Shown: positions 28,500 through 41,511 of the stretch, in pieces | Numbering within the stretch: the first letter of the stretch is position 1 | Layout: each line of letters opens with the position of its first letter | Assembly (NCBI RefSeq): GCF_964355755.1 | Contig: NC_092678.1 | Location: 7,208,422 to 7,272,421, forward strand | Origin: Antedon mediterranea | Taxonomy: Eukaryota > Animalia > Echinodermata | Direction: 5' to 3' | Length of the DNA stretch: 64,000 nucleotides | The notes under the pieces: generated by a model | Database searches by the model: none | What the model was told of the DNA's origin: nothing | Seen by the model: only the letters and a program-made list of their open reading frames with translations | Made by a program: the position numbers and the translations under genes

Positions 28500-29947
28500 C
28501 TGGGGCGGATCCAGAGGGGGGGTCCACGGGGTCCGGACCCCCCCTAAATTTTAAGGGTGCCCTTTTTTTAGAGGTTCAATATTTTATTCGTGTGACATAT
28601 TTGTGTGTGCACAGAGTAGGCTACACTAACCCCAAAAATAAAAACAGAAATTTATCACAATGAGCGCGATGTTAAGTTACGGCGGCCGATCAAAGAGCAT
28701 CGTGAGAGGTGGTGACGCGTGATGATCTCTACTTAAACTTCTAAAAATAGATCGTTTCACATACTACAGAGGGCGCATGTAAACTTTTTACGATTCAACT
28801 CCGCGTACGTTACCATGCGCGCTATGTCATTGACGCGATTATTTGTCCATTGGTAAACACATTTTTATGTATTATTATTCTGAAAATAATTGAACTGTAA
28901 ACATAATTCTTTTGAGTATTTGTTTATTTACATATCATTCAATCAGATCAACAATTTTTTATTTCCATTACAATTTACATCCAACCAAACATGTAAAAAA
29001 TGTAGTTAAAATATCGTACTATCTAGCGCGTACGACCATACGCGGTAGATTGTTTACTCCAAAATCATCGAACGGTCCTTACACTATTCAACATTGTTTT
29101 TGTAGTTGAGCCTCTCATGACCTGGGATTTGTTTGTCTTCCTACGCCAAGATAATATAGTTCTACAAGCCATGTGCTTTTTTCTCTGAGAAATATTTATT
29201 ATAAGTGCCAAAAAAATGTCATCGTAAGCCAATCAAAGCTGAGCTTTCCCGTGATCGGCAGAGCTCACGGTTGAATGATTTTGGATTCTGGCTATTTGAT
29301 TGGTGGACGCGAATCACCCACAGCGGAATGTTTTCTCTCGCGTGTACCAAGAAGTCACGTGATCTCTCTGTACTGAAACGGTACTACACAAATTCAGAGC
29401 AATGAATTTGTACGAATTCCGTTAAATAAACAACTCTATATATTTTATAAACATTTAATAACAAATTTTATTGATATTTCCAATGTTGATATATAAAAGA
29501 AATTACTATAAAACGTAATTATATGTAATTATTTTAGCGAAAAATGGCGCAATTTGTTTACAACGTTCGTGGCTAAAAACGATCATTTTCGGCAATGTTT
29601 AGACCCTATATTTCGAAAACTACAAGTCCGATTTTCGTAATTCTTTCTTTATTGGAATATTGAAACAAAATACCAACAGATAATGTTTAAATTGGTTGAA
29701 AAATAACAACTTTTAATTTTGCATCGTTATCCCTGCTAATAAAGTGTCATTTCCGCCGAACAAGGTGCCATTTATCATGGATTTTGCGTGCGAGAGTGCC
29801 ATTTCCGGCCATCTAAGTGTGTCCTGTAACAAAATTCGCTTCGCCACAACCCCCACCATGGGGGGGCTGTGGCTCAAATACTCAATATCTGATGTGCCCT
29901 TTTTATCGGCGGACCCCCCCTCTCAAAAATGTCTGGATCCGCCCCAG
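28500..29947. mobile_element. DNA transposon derivative with ctggggcggatccag TIRs (hAT-like ends), probably with a nested insertion
   Basis: Perfect TIR ctggggcggatccaga / tctggatccgccccag with subterminal ggacccccc; no clean TSD seen. Confidence 0.7.
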
Positions 29948-30957
29948 ACTAGGACGCTAGCCTTCGTTCAGATTAATTCAATTTCAGGATCAACCCATGA
30001 AATGTCCCGCTTCACGTAAATGTCGATATGTTGACAAAGTTACGAAATGTTTACACGTTTTAGAGAAACGCGATGCACAAAAATAGGGTGGAAAAAAAGA
30101 ATAATAGAGAAACAAAAATGTTGATGATGATCTCATACAATCACAAGGATCTTATCCACCCAAAATTGCCTGTATTCAATAACAACTTTCAGAAAACGGT
30201 CCATTTCTATGGACGTAAAACGAAATTCATTGTTAAATATCTCATTGTTGGGTATATGACAACTATTGTGCCTTCTAGGGTTTTATTATTAGAATTTCAA
30301 AGGCTATTTATATAACAAGAACATTTCTCATAATATCGCATAACAATTAAGATAATCCACTTCTACAATCGAATAAATAATTGAACAAATAACGTTATAG
30401 TGGGATGGTGAGAAAATATCTCATGGGTTGAAACATTAACTGCTCTATTTAACGAGCCTGATCATGGTAACCGTTACTCTTTTAGTGCTAACCCAGGCAA
30501 CAAGCAGTTCCTGTTATCGGTCTGTGAGTAGGATTTTAGCCGAAGTCGGTTTTATGATCGCAATCATTCACATGACTCCAATCAATTACCACAAAACAAT
30601 GTACAGTATATCATTCTAAAATCGTATAGTGGGCATGATAATGTTATTTTCCTATTTTAATTCTAGTTTAATTTATATAGGCCTACTGTGCAGATCTTTA
30701 TTCAAAACATAGAAAAACAAATATATTTAAAATAAATGAATAATCTTTTTTTATTTTCTATTAATTTCCATATAACATATTTATTATTTTGTGCATATCA
30801 TTACATAGCATACAACAAAAAGCTTTCCATTTTCATCCTGACATAACATACCAATTTGCAAAAATAAACTGTAATATCGTAAACATATTTGATCATATCA
30901 TTTTATAACAAGATACCTGTACTCTATTAAAGACCATACATAATATTGCTGTAAAAT

Positions 30958-31860
30958 CCTGACATAACATATCTGCACTTAATTGTACAAAGAGGCACTC
31001 TAACATTCTGACATAACATGTCTGCACTTAATTGTACAAAGAGGCACTCTAACATTCTGACATAACATATTGCACTTAATTGTACAAAGAGGCACTCTAA
31101 CATTCTGACATAACATATCTGCACTTAATTGTACAAAGAGGCACTCTAACATTCTGACATAACATGTCTGCACTTAATTGTACAAAGAGGCACTCTAACA
31201 TTCTGACATAACATATCTGCACTTAATTGTACAAAGAGGCACTCTAACATTCTGACATAACATATCTGCACTTAATTCTACAAAGAGGCATTCTGACATA
31301 ACATATCTGCACTTAATTGTACAAAGAGGCACTCTAACATTCTGACATAACATATCTGCACTTAATTGTACAAAGAGGCACTCTGACATAACATATCTGC
31401 ACTCATTTTACAGAGAAACTCTACCCTCCTGACGTAAAATATCTGCACTCATTTTAAAAAGAGGTACTCTAAGTTCTAACACTCTGACATAACATATTGG
31501 CACTCATTTTACAGAGAAACTCTACCATCCTGACAACATATCTGTACTCTTTTTAAAAAGAGGCACTCTAACATTCTGACATAACATATCTGCACTCAAT
31601 TAGACAAAGAGGAACTCTAACATTCTGACATAACATATCTGCACTCAGTTAGACAAAGAGGCACTCCAACATTCTGACATAACATATTATCTGCACACAT
31701 TTTAAAAAGAGGAACTCACATAACATGTTTGCAATCATTTTACAAAGAGGCACTAACCAACTCTAAGATCCAGGCATAACATACCTGTTCTTATTGCATA
31801 AACAGAAACTTTAACAACCTGAAATAACATATCTGCACTCGTTGTACAAAGAGGCACTCT
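30958..31860. repeat. Minisatellite, ~47-bp unit, directly downstream of the ATPase fusion gene's stop codon
   Basis: Unit ctgacataacatatctgcacttaattgtacaaagaggcactctaacatt; homogeneous to ~31400, then diverging. Confidence 0.95.
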
Positions 31861-31872
31861 AAACATGTTTAT

Positions 31873-34800
31873 TTACAGCATACCATCATTCATTGTACAA
31901 AGAGAAGCTCTTATCTCTTGGAAAGATTCACCACTAGCAGTGGTCTTTATAACCCGTTTTCTAACTTCAACTTGAGGATTACTTCCCTTCAAATGCGCAT
32001 CAATAGAATCGGCCAAATTATGATGAATTATCCAGCAGTCTCGTTCTCGAAGTTCAATAAGAACATCAAATGAAGGATCTCGTTGACGCTCCAGAACCGT
32101 TTTGGTCTGTGATTTTCGCGTTTTTACCTCTTCTTTGCCAAGAATAACACTATGCGCGCTACCGGCAATTGGTCGCAATGACGGATTACGATGAATATCT
32201 GCGCAGGATTGTCCATGTGCTGTTGCTATGAGCTGTACGCCTCGTTCAGCAATGCTCTGCGCTGCTTGTGCTTCTTGGATGCTACCCATCTCATCAATGA
32301 TAATGACCTCTGGGTTGTGGTTTTGTACAGCTTCAATCATAAATTTGTATTGTTCACTCCTAGGATGTACCTAAAATAGACATAGAGGAGGTTGGTGTCA
32401 AGAAACAACTACTCTGTTTAAGTGATGACATCAGAAATGTTGTCTAGAAACCTGGTTTACCGACAACGTCTGACACCCACCTAGCTTTCGACTTGCGACA
32501 ACCTACTGTAGAATCTAATGTCATCTGCAGACAGTGGGCCATGTGTCTTCACCCGATTCCTCGACACTGCTTCTAGGTCCAGGTAAAGACTACTGACACA
32601 ATGTGCGCAGGTCCTCACAAATCGCAAAAAACTCCCTATTGTTGTTACCAACCCTAGTAAATTTTATTTCTAAACTAAAGCTCTGTCTACACTATCAAAC
32701 TACTAACAAAAACTATGGTAGCGCTATACCCAAATATGGTAGTGATATGACATCATCATGTCCATATATGGACACATTTTTTTGTTGCATAAAGTTTGAT
32801 AGTGTAGACAGACCTTTACAATTCAAATGAATGTTATTCAATTCAATTTCTAATGAATGTCAAGCTCTGTCTACACTATCAAACTTTATGTGACAAAAAA
32901 ATGTGATGACATCATATCACTACCATATTTGGGCATATCACTACCATATTTTGGCACATATCACCATTTTTTTGCTAAACTATTTTGATAGTGTAGACAG
33001 AGCTTTAAAATAATCAGTATTAAAATATATCTATTTTATTTGTCATTTACCTGAAGTCGTCTAGCACTACCCAGAGAATCATGCAGACTATCCCCATCTC
33101 CACCAATCTGTGAACAATTCAAAACAATAACGAATAACTATTAATGTATAAGTAATGACGAGTATGGGTTCGGTCTGTCATGGTCATAGGCAAGATGAAT
33201 TGCCTTATACTCAAATTGCCATGGCCTTCAGATGGGACGTAAAGCTGTTGGTCCAGTGTACATACAGTTTTAAAGAACTTAAACTTTAAAAAAAGGCCTA
33301 CGGTATCTGTATTAATATTAATCCTCAAGAAATTCGGATTAGGTATACGGACCCATGGCAGAGATGAACCAGTGCACCAGGGTTACCCCCTACTCTTCCA
33401 AAAGATTAAATGGGTTCTGTGAACACGAGCCAGATGCGAGTCCTTATTCGAGAATATTTTTTCTACCACCAAGGAGAACTTGAACTATTGTGCGAATTGT
33501 ATTGTTAAAGTTTGTGGCTCACTTGCTCTGTGATGGCAAGTGGTGCAGTGTTTTGGATGTTGGACTACTGATAGTGAGATCGTGGGTTCGATTCCAATGC
33601 TCGTCGCATTGCTTGTACAGTATCCTTAGACAAGACACTTTACTTACATTTGCCTCTCTCTACCCAGGTGTCAAAATGGGTACCTGGTAAGGTCAAGACA
33701 CAACTTTGCGCTCATTACTAGCTGCATTACGTGTTTGATCCAAGAATGACAGGGTTAATATTATGTACAGCACTTTCACAACATTATGCGCTTTATAAAT
33801 CCAGGATATTATTATTATCCACTCAGCCACACAATTTGTCCCCAGTGTGTTTGGCTGGTGTGCTCACTGAATTTCCAGTTACGTACAGTATGAGAATTAT
33901 TATATTTACATATAATCATTACCTCATTTGACGTGTCAACAATCATCACTCGTCGTCTCATGACATCACTGAGCAGTCTAGCATATTCCCGCAGGACTGT
34001 TGTTTTTCCAACACCTGGGCTTCCAAGTATAAGAACAGATTTGTGGCTTGCCACAATGTCAAATATCATATCTAAGCAGCCATAGATGGCACGTCCAACT
34101 CGTGCAGTCAGCCCTACTGGTTTTAATTGCTTGTTTACAATGTTGCTGTAGTAGTAAAAAGTTTTTAAATGAGTTGTTTTTCTAGTTATTATTCAATATC
34201 ATGCACCAGTACTACATAGGAAAAAAGTTATCCAAGTTGTGAATATATGAACATTTTGTGCATAGATGGATTCAATTTGTTCTAGGCATTGTTGTGAAGA
34301 CACTGCTTTGGTGGATTGCATAGTGCACAGACAAATGAACGCCATTTGGCGGCAGATACGAAATGAAGAAACCCTTTAAAGAGATTGCAATATGTCGTCC
34401 ACATTTGTGCGTAATTCAGCTCAGTCCAACAGGCTGCAAAACACATTCCCACAAGAATGTTGAATTCAAGTTATAGCATTCACCGCGATATTGAAACTGC
34501 AAAAAATATTTTACCGTTCTTTTGTTTCAACCGATTGTAAACAGTATGCGTAACATGATTCGAGGAGTACGCATCAAAATGATTGCAACTTCGTTGAAGA
34601 TACGTATGCAATACAGTTTTCAGTTTTATTTTATTTTTATTTTTATTTTATTTTATTTTATTTCATACTCATCCAACAGCGAGTAACCCGCCAATTACAG
34701 GATGGATAAACTATTTAGTTCCTTTCAATTCCCGAAATGTAGCACATGTTCATCTCGAAGCATTTCAACAGTACCTTACACGATGAAGAGTGCCCTCTAT

Positions 34801-37800
34801 GCCTGCACGTCGATCTGATGAGAACTCTGTAAACTTGTTGCCAGAAAAAATGTCCTCAACTTGATGAGAAGTAATGACTGTGTCAAGTAAATACCTTGTC
34901 ACACACTTACCAGATTCCAGTTGATAATATCTATATGAATAATCAAAATGTTATTTTTTTAAATTAGTTGTTTTTCTATTCATTATTTAATATCATTAAT
35001 TTATCCATTCAGCGAGCTGGCTCACCCCGAGTTCCTGATACTATTTATAAATAAAAAAAACTTGATTTGAACTCGCAAGCATATATGTTCGCGCAAAGTT
35101 GATATACATATTCAACCCTACAACCCTAAAGTATTAGGATTAGTATCACAGATATACATAGTATAGCATAGGTGACATTAGATGACCATCCATATTCAAA
35201 TTTTGATATAGTGAACAAATAATATCTGAAACTATTATTAAAAGGTACTGTAATTTTCTGAGCAAGACACATTTTTGAAACACACCTTGCATGCGGCTTC
35301 CTTCCAATGTCTAACACGACCTCAATTAGAAGATCAAGGGAATATATTCCATCTTGCTGATGGAGAAAAAATAGCACCTCTTTGATTTCATCTGGAAAAA
35401 CATCCAGAAATAACTGCATATCTCTTTGATTATTCTCTTTAACACTGTCCAGCATTTTCTGGGTTATGTTTGTTGGATTGACAGATTCCAAATCCTAGAA
35501 GAACCAGAATTTTGATGTTGTTAAACATTAAAAAAACAAGGGCTGGCATTTATCAATCTCTTTGCCAGATTGTTAGGCTTTTTATTATTATGGGTACCTG
35601 GTAATATGTTGGTTACTAGCTGTAAAGTTACGGAAATATGTTTCCACACATGGTTTGATAAAAAAAAAATGACATATTATAATAATGCTTAGAGGTTTTG
35701 AGCATTAAGCATTATATGAAAGCTGTTAAAAAATATGAGTTCCCAGTTAAAATTGTGTTTATTATAAAACCTCAACCTTTTCATTAGCAACCACTTATTT
35801 TTGGATAGTGGGGCATTGTTTGATACATATAGGAAATTGACCAATGTAAATTTGAGGCATTTTTCAATCAACATATTTTACTACAAGTAACGAAAATGAA
35901 ATTTTTTTACATAAAAAGTCATTGAAAAAGAAATTGGAAAAAGTCCAGTAGAAGCGCCACTGTTTAAAAAGGGGCTTATTCTGTGGGGTTACTTTCAATG
36001 TTGTTGCCAAGGTTCGTATATTGTTAAACCTGGAGCTAACCTTTAAGTAAAATTTCACACTGTACCTCACTACCCTCTGGAAGAAAAAATGCTATGCCGT
36101 TGTTGTCAAACTGAAGGAAACGTGCTGTGTTCTCTTTCACCAACTGAGAAACCGATGTAGAAACTTTGTTTCGTTTGCTCAGTGGAACAGCTTGTGAAAA
36201 CTTTTGTTGGCTTCGAACTTCCTTGAATAAACTGCCCTCTTGTGGAATTTTCTTAACATCTGTAGCGCTATACCCTGATGCAGCCCTTAGTGTTAAAAAT
36301 TTGGGATGACCAGTTTCTTTGATATCTCTGGCAACTTCTAAAACTGCTCTGCAAGCCTGACCAAAACTGATTAAATCTTCAGTAGTTCTTAGAAGTCTAA
36401 TGAAAATATGAAATAACTGTAATAAAGAAACTATTATACAGTATGTTTACATACATTTATGTTGTCTGTTTAGTTGATACCAAAGAACTTATAACACAAG
36501 AATCTCCTGTTCGTCCGAAGCGCGTAACAATTTCGAAAGGCATTGTGGGATAGAATAGAGCTATGGGTAGCGCCATTGTGAGCCATGGAGTAGGGTGCCC
36601 GCATCAAATTAGAAAGTCAAAATCATAGAGGGGATCTGCTAATACTCTAGGGGGGATAGAGTAATTGACTGAGGAGTAGGGCGCCCGCATCAAATTAGAA
36701 AGTTAAAATCATAGAGGGGATCTGCTAATACTCTAGGGGGGATAGAGTAATTGACTGAGGAGTACGGCGCCCGCATCAAGTCAAAATCATAGAGGGGATC
36801 TGCTAATACTCTAGGGGGGTAGAGTAATTGACTTCCTAGTTTGGAGGGGGCGCTGCTCCATGCTGTGAAATGGCGTTGCCCAGTTTGACCTTTTAACCAT
36901 GTACTTCCGATACTGTGTTTTGAATGCAAATTGAAGAACAGGAGATTCTTGTGTTATAAGTTCTTTGTTGATACCAACAGTTCCAAACCTGTATATATAA
37001 CATCTATTTACTTTAGTATTCTATTGCTTGTTTACAGTATATTTTGTACTGTTTCTAATAAATGTGAATACAAAATTGACTTAAAATAAATACCAGTAAA
37101 AAGATTCAATTTATTGTCCAATCATATATATAAGGAATGAGGCAGTTTGATGTTACCAGCAGAAAGGTAGTTTTACAATAGAAACTACTTTTTAAATTTA
37201 ATTAAAATTAATTTCCTAATTATTTCAATCACTTTTGATCAAAAAGTGAATGGAAGTGGGTCTTCCCATTTCCAATTAACAAATAATTCAGGAAAATTAA
37301 GGCTTTATCTGTGATGTGAAAACTGTGTGGGATAATAATTAGAAAGTAACATACTTTTTATTATTTAATGAAAAACAAAGACTACTTTTTTTTACCAATG
37401 GTACTGTATGAACTTACGTAAGTAAATTACGGTAGACAGCTGGAACCATTGTTGTGACAATGTTTTTCAGATGAGCCTCTTTTGGATAGGTGACATTTAA
37501 GAATTCGCAAACCTGCTTGAAAGTTACTGCAGCTATTTGTTGTTTTGTAAGAATTTGGAAACATATCTGTGGAAAAAAAATCATAAAAAGAAAGTTAGTC
37601 TTAGGACTATTTTGTCTTAGACCATGTTGAGGTTGTTGTCCATAGACTATTGTGTCTAAGGCAACGTTTAGCTTGTCTTAGGACTCCCCATGTTTGGGTA
37701 TACATGTAGGTTGTCTCAAACCATGTTTAGGCTGTATTAGACCATGTTTAGGCTGTCTTAGACCATGTTTAGACTGTCATAGACCATGTTTAGACTGTCT

Positions 37801-39345
37801 TAGACTATATGTTTAGGCTGTCTTAGACCATGTTTAGACTGTCGTAAACCATGTTTAGACTGTTTTAGAATATATGTTTAGGCTGTCTTAGACCATGTTT
37901 AGACTGTCGTAGATTATGTTTAGGCTGTCTTAGACTATATGTTTAGGCTGTCTTATACCATGTTTAGACTGTCGTAGACCATGTTTAAGTTGTCTTAGAC
38001 CATGTTTAGGTTGTCTTAGACCATGTTTAAGTTGTATTAGACCATGCTTAAGTTGTCTTAGACCATGTTTAGGCTGTCTATGTCTATGTTTACTAGGTTG
38101 TCTTAGACCATGCTTTTAAGCAACTTAAAAGTTGTCTTAGACCATGTTTAAGTTTTTCTTTTTAAAGTTTGCTAGTGTAGATAAGTGTACCTTTGTATCA
38201 AAAATGTATGCAAGTTGTATCTGAAACTGGTCATACAGTGCTTTGGACATCAACCTGACATCATGGCAAACCTGTAAACAAATGTTGAAATTGAGTTTAT
38301 CAAATAACTTTTATACTAAATAATGGTTTTAGTTTTTCACACGTTCCTGAATCTGTTTTTAAAAAAAGAACTTGAGTAAATGTAGGCCTACCTTCAGAAT
38401 ATTTGGATCTTCAAGAAGTTCCTTAAGGCACTCTTTTTCCTTAATATGGAGATGGCCATCATTCCCATTGGGGAATTCAATAACACAAACATCTGCATCC
38501 CATGATGCCATGCCAATCCCTGTAATAACATATTTGGTGTTGTTGTAGAATCCCTCTGTATGTAAGGCAATGATTGGCTGTTCATAGTCGCGCTTGTTCA
38601 TCGTAAGAAATTTAGAAACTACATCTGATGTTGAACGGTCAACTACATCAATACTGTCACGTATATCCTGATGATCACTGACATCATCTGGAGAAACAAC
38701 TTGACAATCACTGGTGCCGTTGTGCAGTAGAAGCTGGTTACTGACAGATGAAACGACATCAGACTGCAAGTATTGCTGTTCTTGTGTCAATGCCTTTTTT
38801 TCAGTAGCTTTAGTTGAGCTTAGCACCGAGACATTTTTCTTGTTGCTTATATGAAACTCTTTCAATGAGGTCAAAGATTCGCGAAAACTTTCAATCGTTG
38901 TTCCCAGCCCAGGTTTATTTTGACCTTTTGTTTTTTTACAGTAGATAGAATAAAGCTCTTCCAATTTTACAAATTTGTTGGGACGTTGAAGAATTATGGT
39001 TTTTAACTTAACAATGTTCTGTTGCTTATTATCAAAGCCGTCTTGTACTTTTACAACTTGTTTTGGGGGTTTTCCTGGCACTTTGTTAATTTGTTTGATA
39101 TCACTTTGAAGAAGTTTGGCATTGGTTATTTCCCTCCCTTTGACGTTAAAATATTGTGGAAAGAACTTCACGCTTACCAGAAATTCGGCAGAGTTAAAAC
39201 CAAACATTTTAAGAATTGTAAAATTTGGTTTAATGGTGTTACGAAATCTACTGTATAGTTGATCAATCGTATTTGGACCCGTCTGAATTAGTATGTTCTG
39301 TATTGCAACAATATTTGCATTTCTTAGCTTGATTTCGTTTGACAT
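31873..39345 (-). CDS. ~885-aa fusion protein: Egalitarian-like winged-helix repeats + EXD1/Egl-like 3'-5' (pseudo)exonuclease + Ycf45/SpoIIIAA-like AAA ATPase. Exons 39345-38392, 38271-38191, 37566-37418, 36396-36066, 35494-35286, 34930-34775, 34145-33923, 33107-33051, 32370-31873
   Basis: All junctions are GT-AG and in phase (2658 nt including stop). Exonuclease-like motifs IIALHTEG, LKELLEDPNILKVCHDVRLMSKALYDQFQIQLAYIFDTK. Ycf45 motifs LIEVVLDIGRKP, DRRAGIEGTLHRVS, GLTARVGRA, Walker A GSPGVGKTT, IVDTSNEIGGDGD, MIEAVQNHNPEVIIIDEMG, IAERGVQLIATAHG, KTVLER. Confidence 0.88.
36481..36967. mobile_element. P-superfamily-like MITE with 7-bp TSD and an internal ~90-bp tandem repeat
   Basis: 32-bp TIR caaagaacttataacacaagaatctcctgttc; TSD ttgatac at 36474-36480 and 36968-36974. 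Confidence 0.85.
37600..38155. repeat. Minisatellite, ~21-bp unit (tagaccatgtttaggctgtct)
   Basis: Directly visible tandem array inside an intron. Confidence 0.9.
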
Positions 39346-41511
39346 TTCTGACAAGTTTGTGTAAATATAATGTCTATGAAATCTGAAAATAAATTTAAAA
39401 ATTGTGTATTAAAACAATATTTTGCATAATTTTAAACAAATTATAGTAGCCCATGGCCTATGAATTAACAAGCAATTAGAGAAAAAAAAAAGAAGAAAGG
39501 CCTGGTTTTTAAAATATGGCAGCCTAAGCCATAGAGTACAGTAGTCGTTTCATTGCACTGCGACTTCGACTGTGAAATTACTAAATACAGATGTCCGTCA
39601 CACACGCCTCATGGATGGTAATGTAGGCTGGCTCTTTTAGGCCTACTACTAGCCTAACTAGGCCCTGGGTGGGCCTGTCACACCAAAATCAGTCCGGGCC
39701 AAAATCGGTCCGACGGACCATTTTGGCTGCCAAATACAGTCCGGGGGAACATTTATGGCTGCCAAAACCTGTCCGACCGGACCAATTTTGGCCGCCAAAA
39801 CTGGTCCGGCCTGGATAAAATCGGTCCGGGCAGTAGGACTGTTTTTGGCCGCCAAATATGGTCCGGTCCATATATGGTGCGCAAAATGAGTCATAATGTA
39901 TATATCATTTTTTTAAAAAGGCCATGATTAGTCATTATATTACGGGGTTTATTTGTTATTTTAATATTATAAATTAAGCCTGTTTTTTTTATTGTCATTA
40001 TTAGTAGTAACTCATCAATAATTATTACTAATTGTTTGCTTTTTGTATACAATACAATATGTATCTTTGCCTGTTTTTAATCCATTTTGTTCTTTTTTAA
40101 CATCTTCGATTCCCCACGCCAAAATCGGTCCGGCAAAAATTGGTCCGGCCGGATCGATTTTGGTCGCCAAAACTAGTCCGTCGGATCGATTTTGGCGCTG
40201 AACAGCCGCTAAAACAGGTCCGGCTAGGCCAAAACTGGTCCGGCCTTTAAAATCACTTATTTATTCTTTAAAATGTGTTAAGAAGCCTGCAAACAGTTCA
40301 AATGGTTAAAGTAAACTGAGCTTAAAGTAAATATACTAAATATTACCGTACAAACGAAAAGAAATTATCGAAACACTAATTAAAGAAACTCTACAGTAAT
40401 CGGATTTGGGGATATTCTATTGTTCAGTTCGTTTAAAAGTAATAGCGCCCTCTAGCAATTTTATATTATGTCTATCTTAGATATTAATGTACAAACTGAA
40501 TACGTCTTGGGCGTATTTAATAATGATTAATAATAAAATATAGAACGTTAATTATTATTAGTATTATTATTTTAGGTTGTTGTCATTACTGCTATCAGTA
40601 TCTTTTTTTTTGCCTTTGTAAGAAATTACACCTGCCTTATTTTTTTTTCCAGTCCACATTTTGGGGTGCAATAAGTGGCCACCAAGGGTCTCTTATTATT
40701 AATAGTAGTATAAAACAACAACGATAATAACAATCGATATGGGTAGCAATACTAACGATTAACGAATTTAGCTATACGACGAACACGAGTTTCGTAATAG
40801 TCTTAGCGAAAAAAAAAGAAGGTTATCACCCCAAATTATAGACTTTTAAGAATTCAATTACTTATTACGCTCTAATAGTATCACTGATTGGTGTACGCGT
40901 GGGTTGCGTCATCATCTTATAGTGCCGTAATCAAGCTATAGCGAAAAATAAGAGGGCTAAATTTGCCATTTTCTCAAAATTATCCAAAATATGAACTTTT
41001 TAGAATCCAATTATTACGCTCTAATATAATTATTTGTAATTTAAAAAAAAATCTTTACACCGCAACTGAGGACCGCAGCTGAAAAAGCTGTGGCACATCT
41101 AACGTGGATGGGATGGATGCGAACGACTAAGTCTATACACCCATTGTCACTCACCTCAAAATGTTATAACATAGAGCTGAACGTACAATATACAATGAAT
41201 TATTTGACTAGCCTATACGTTTATTTCAATCTTGCAAAACACAATTCATATATTTAATTCAAAATGTATGAGTCCTAAATAGGCCTACTGTATTTGATTA
41301 TTACAATAATATATTACCTGTCTGTTTCATATTTTTATACAGTATAAATACTGTAATTTAAAACAATAAAATTCACTATACATCAACTAAGGTAAACATA
41401 TCAAAAACGGTACGCTTAACCAGGGCCTTGCATGCAAAATCGCGCATTAACATTTTAAAATGCTTAAAATTACACTTTGATCAATTTTAGAACATGATTT
41501 AGGCCATTTGC

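Noticed and set aside
31873-35494. Bacterial or plastid contamination as the source of the Ycf45-like ATPase
   Set aside because: The domain is split by spliceosomal GT-AG introns that contain host SINEs and MITEs.
39346-39382. N-terminal extension of the fusion protein through the open frame up to the acceptor
   Set aside because: The candidate upstream exon at 44289 has an in-frame stop just before its donor, so ATG 39345 is the simplest start. A different upstream exon cannot be excluded.
39658-39894. Repetitive ORFs (GPxLAAK)
   Set aside because: They are translations of the subterminal repeats of the decayed Ginger element.
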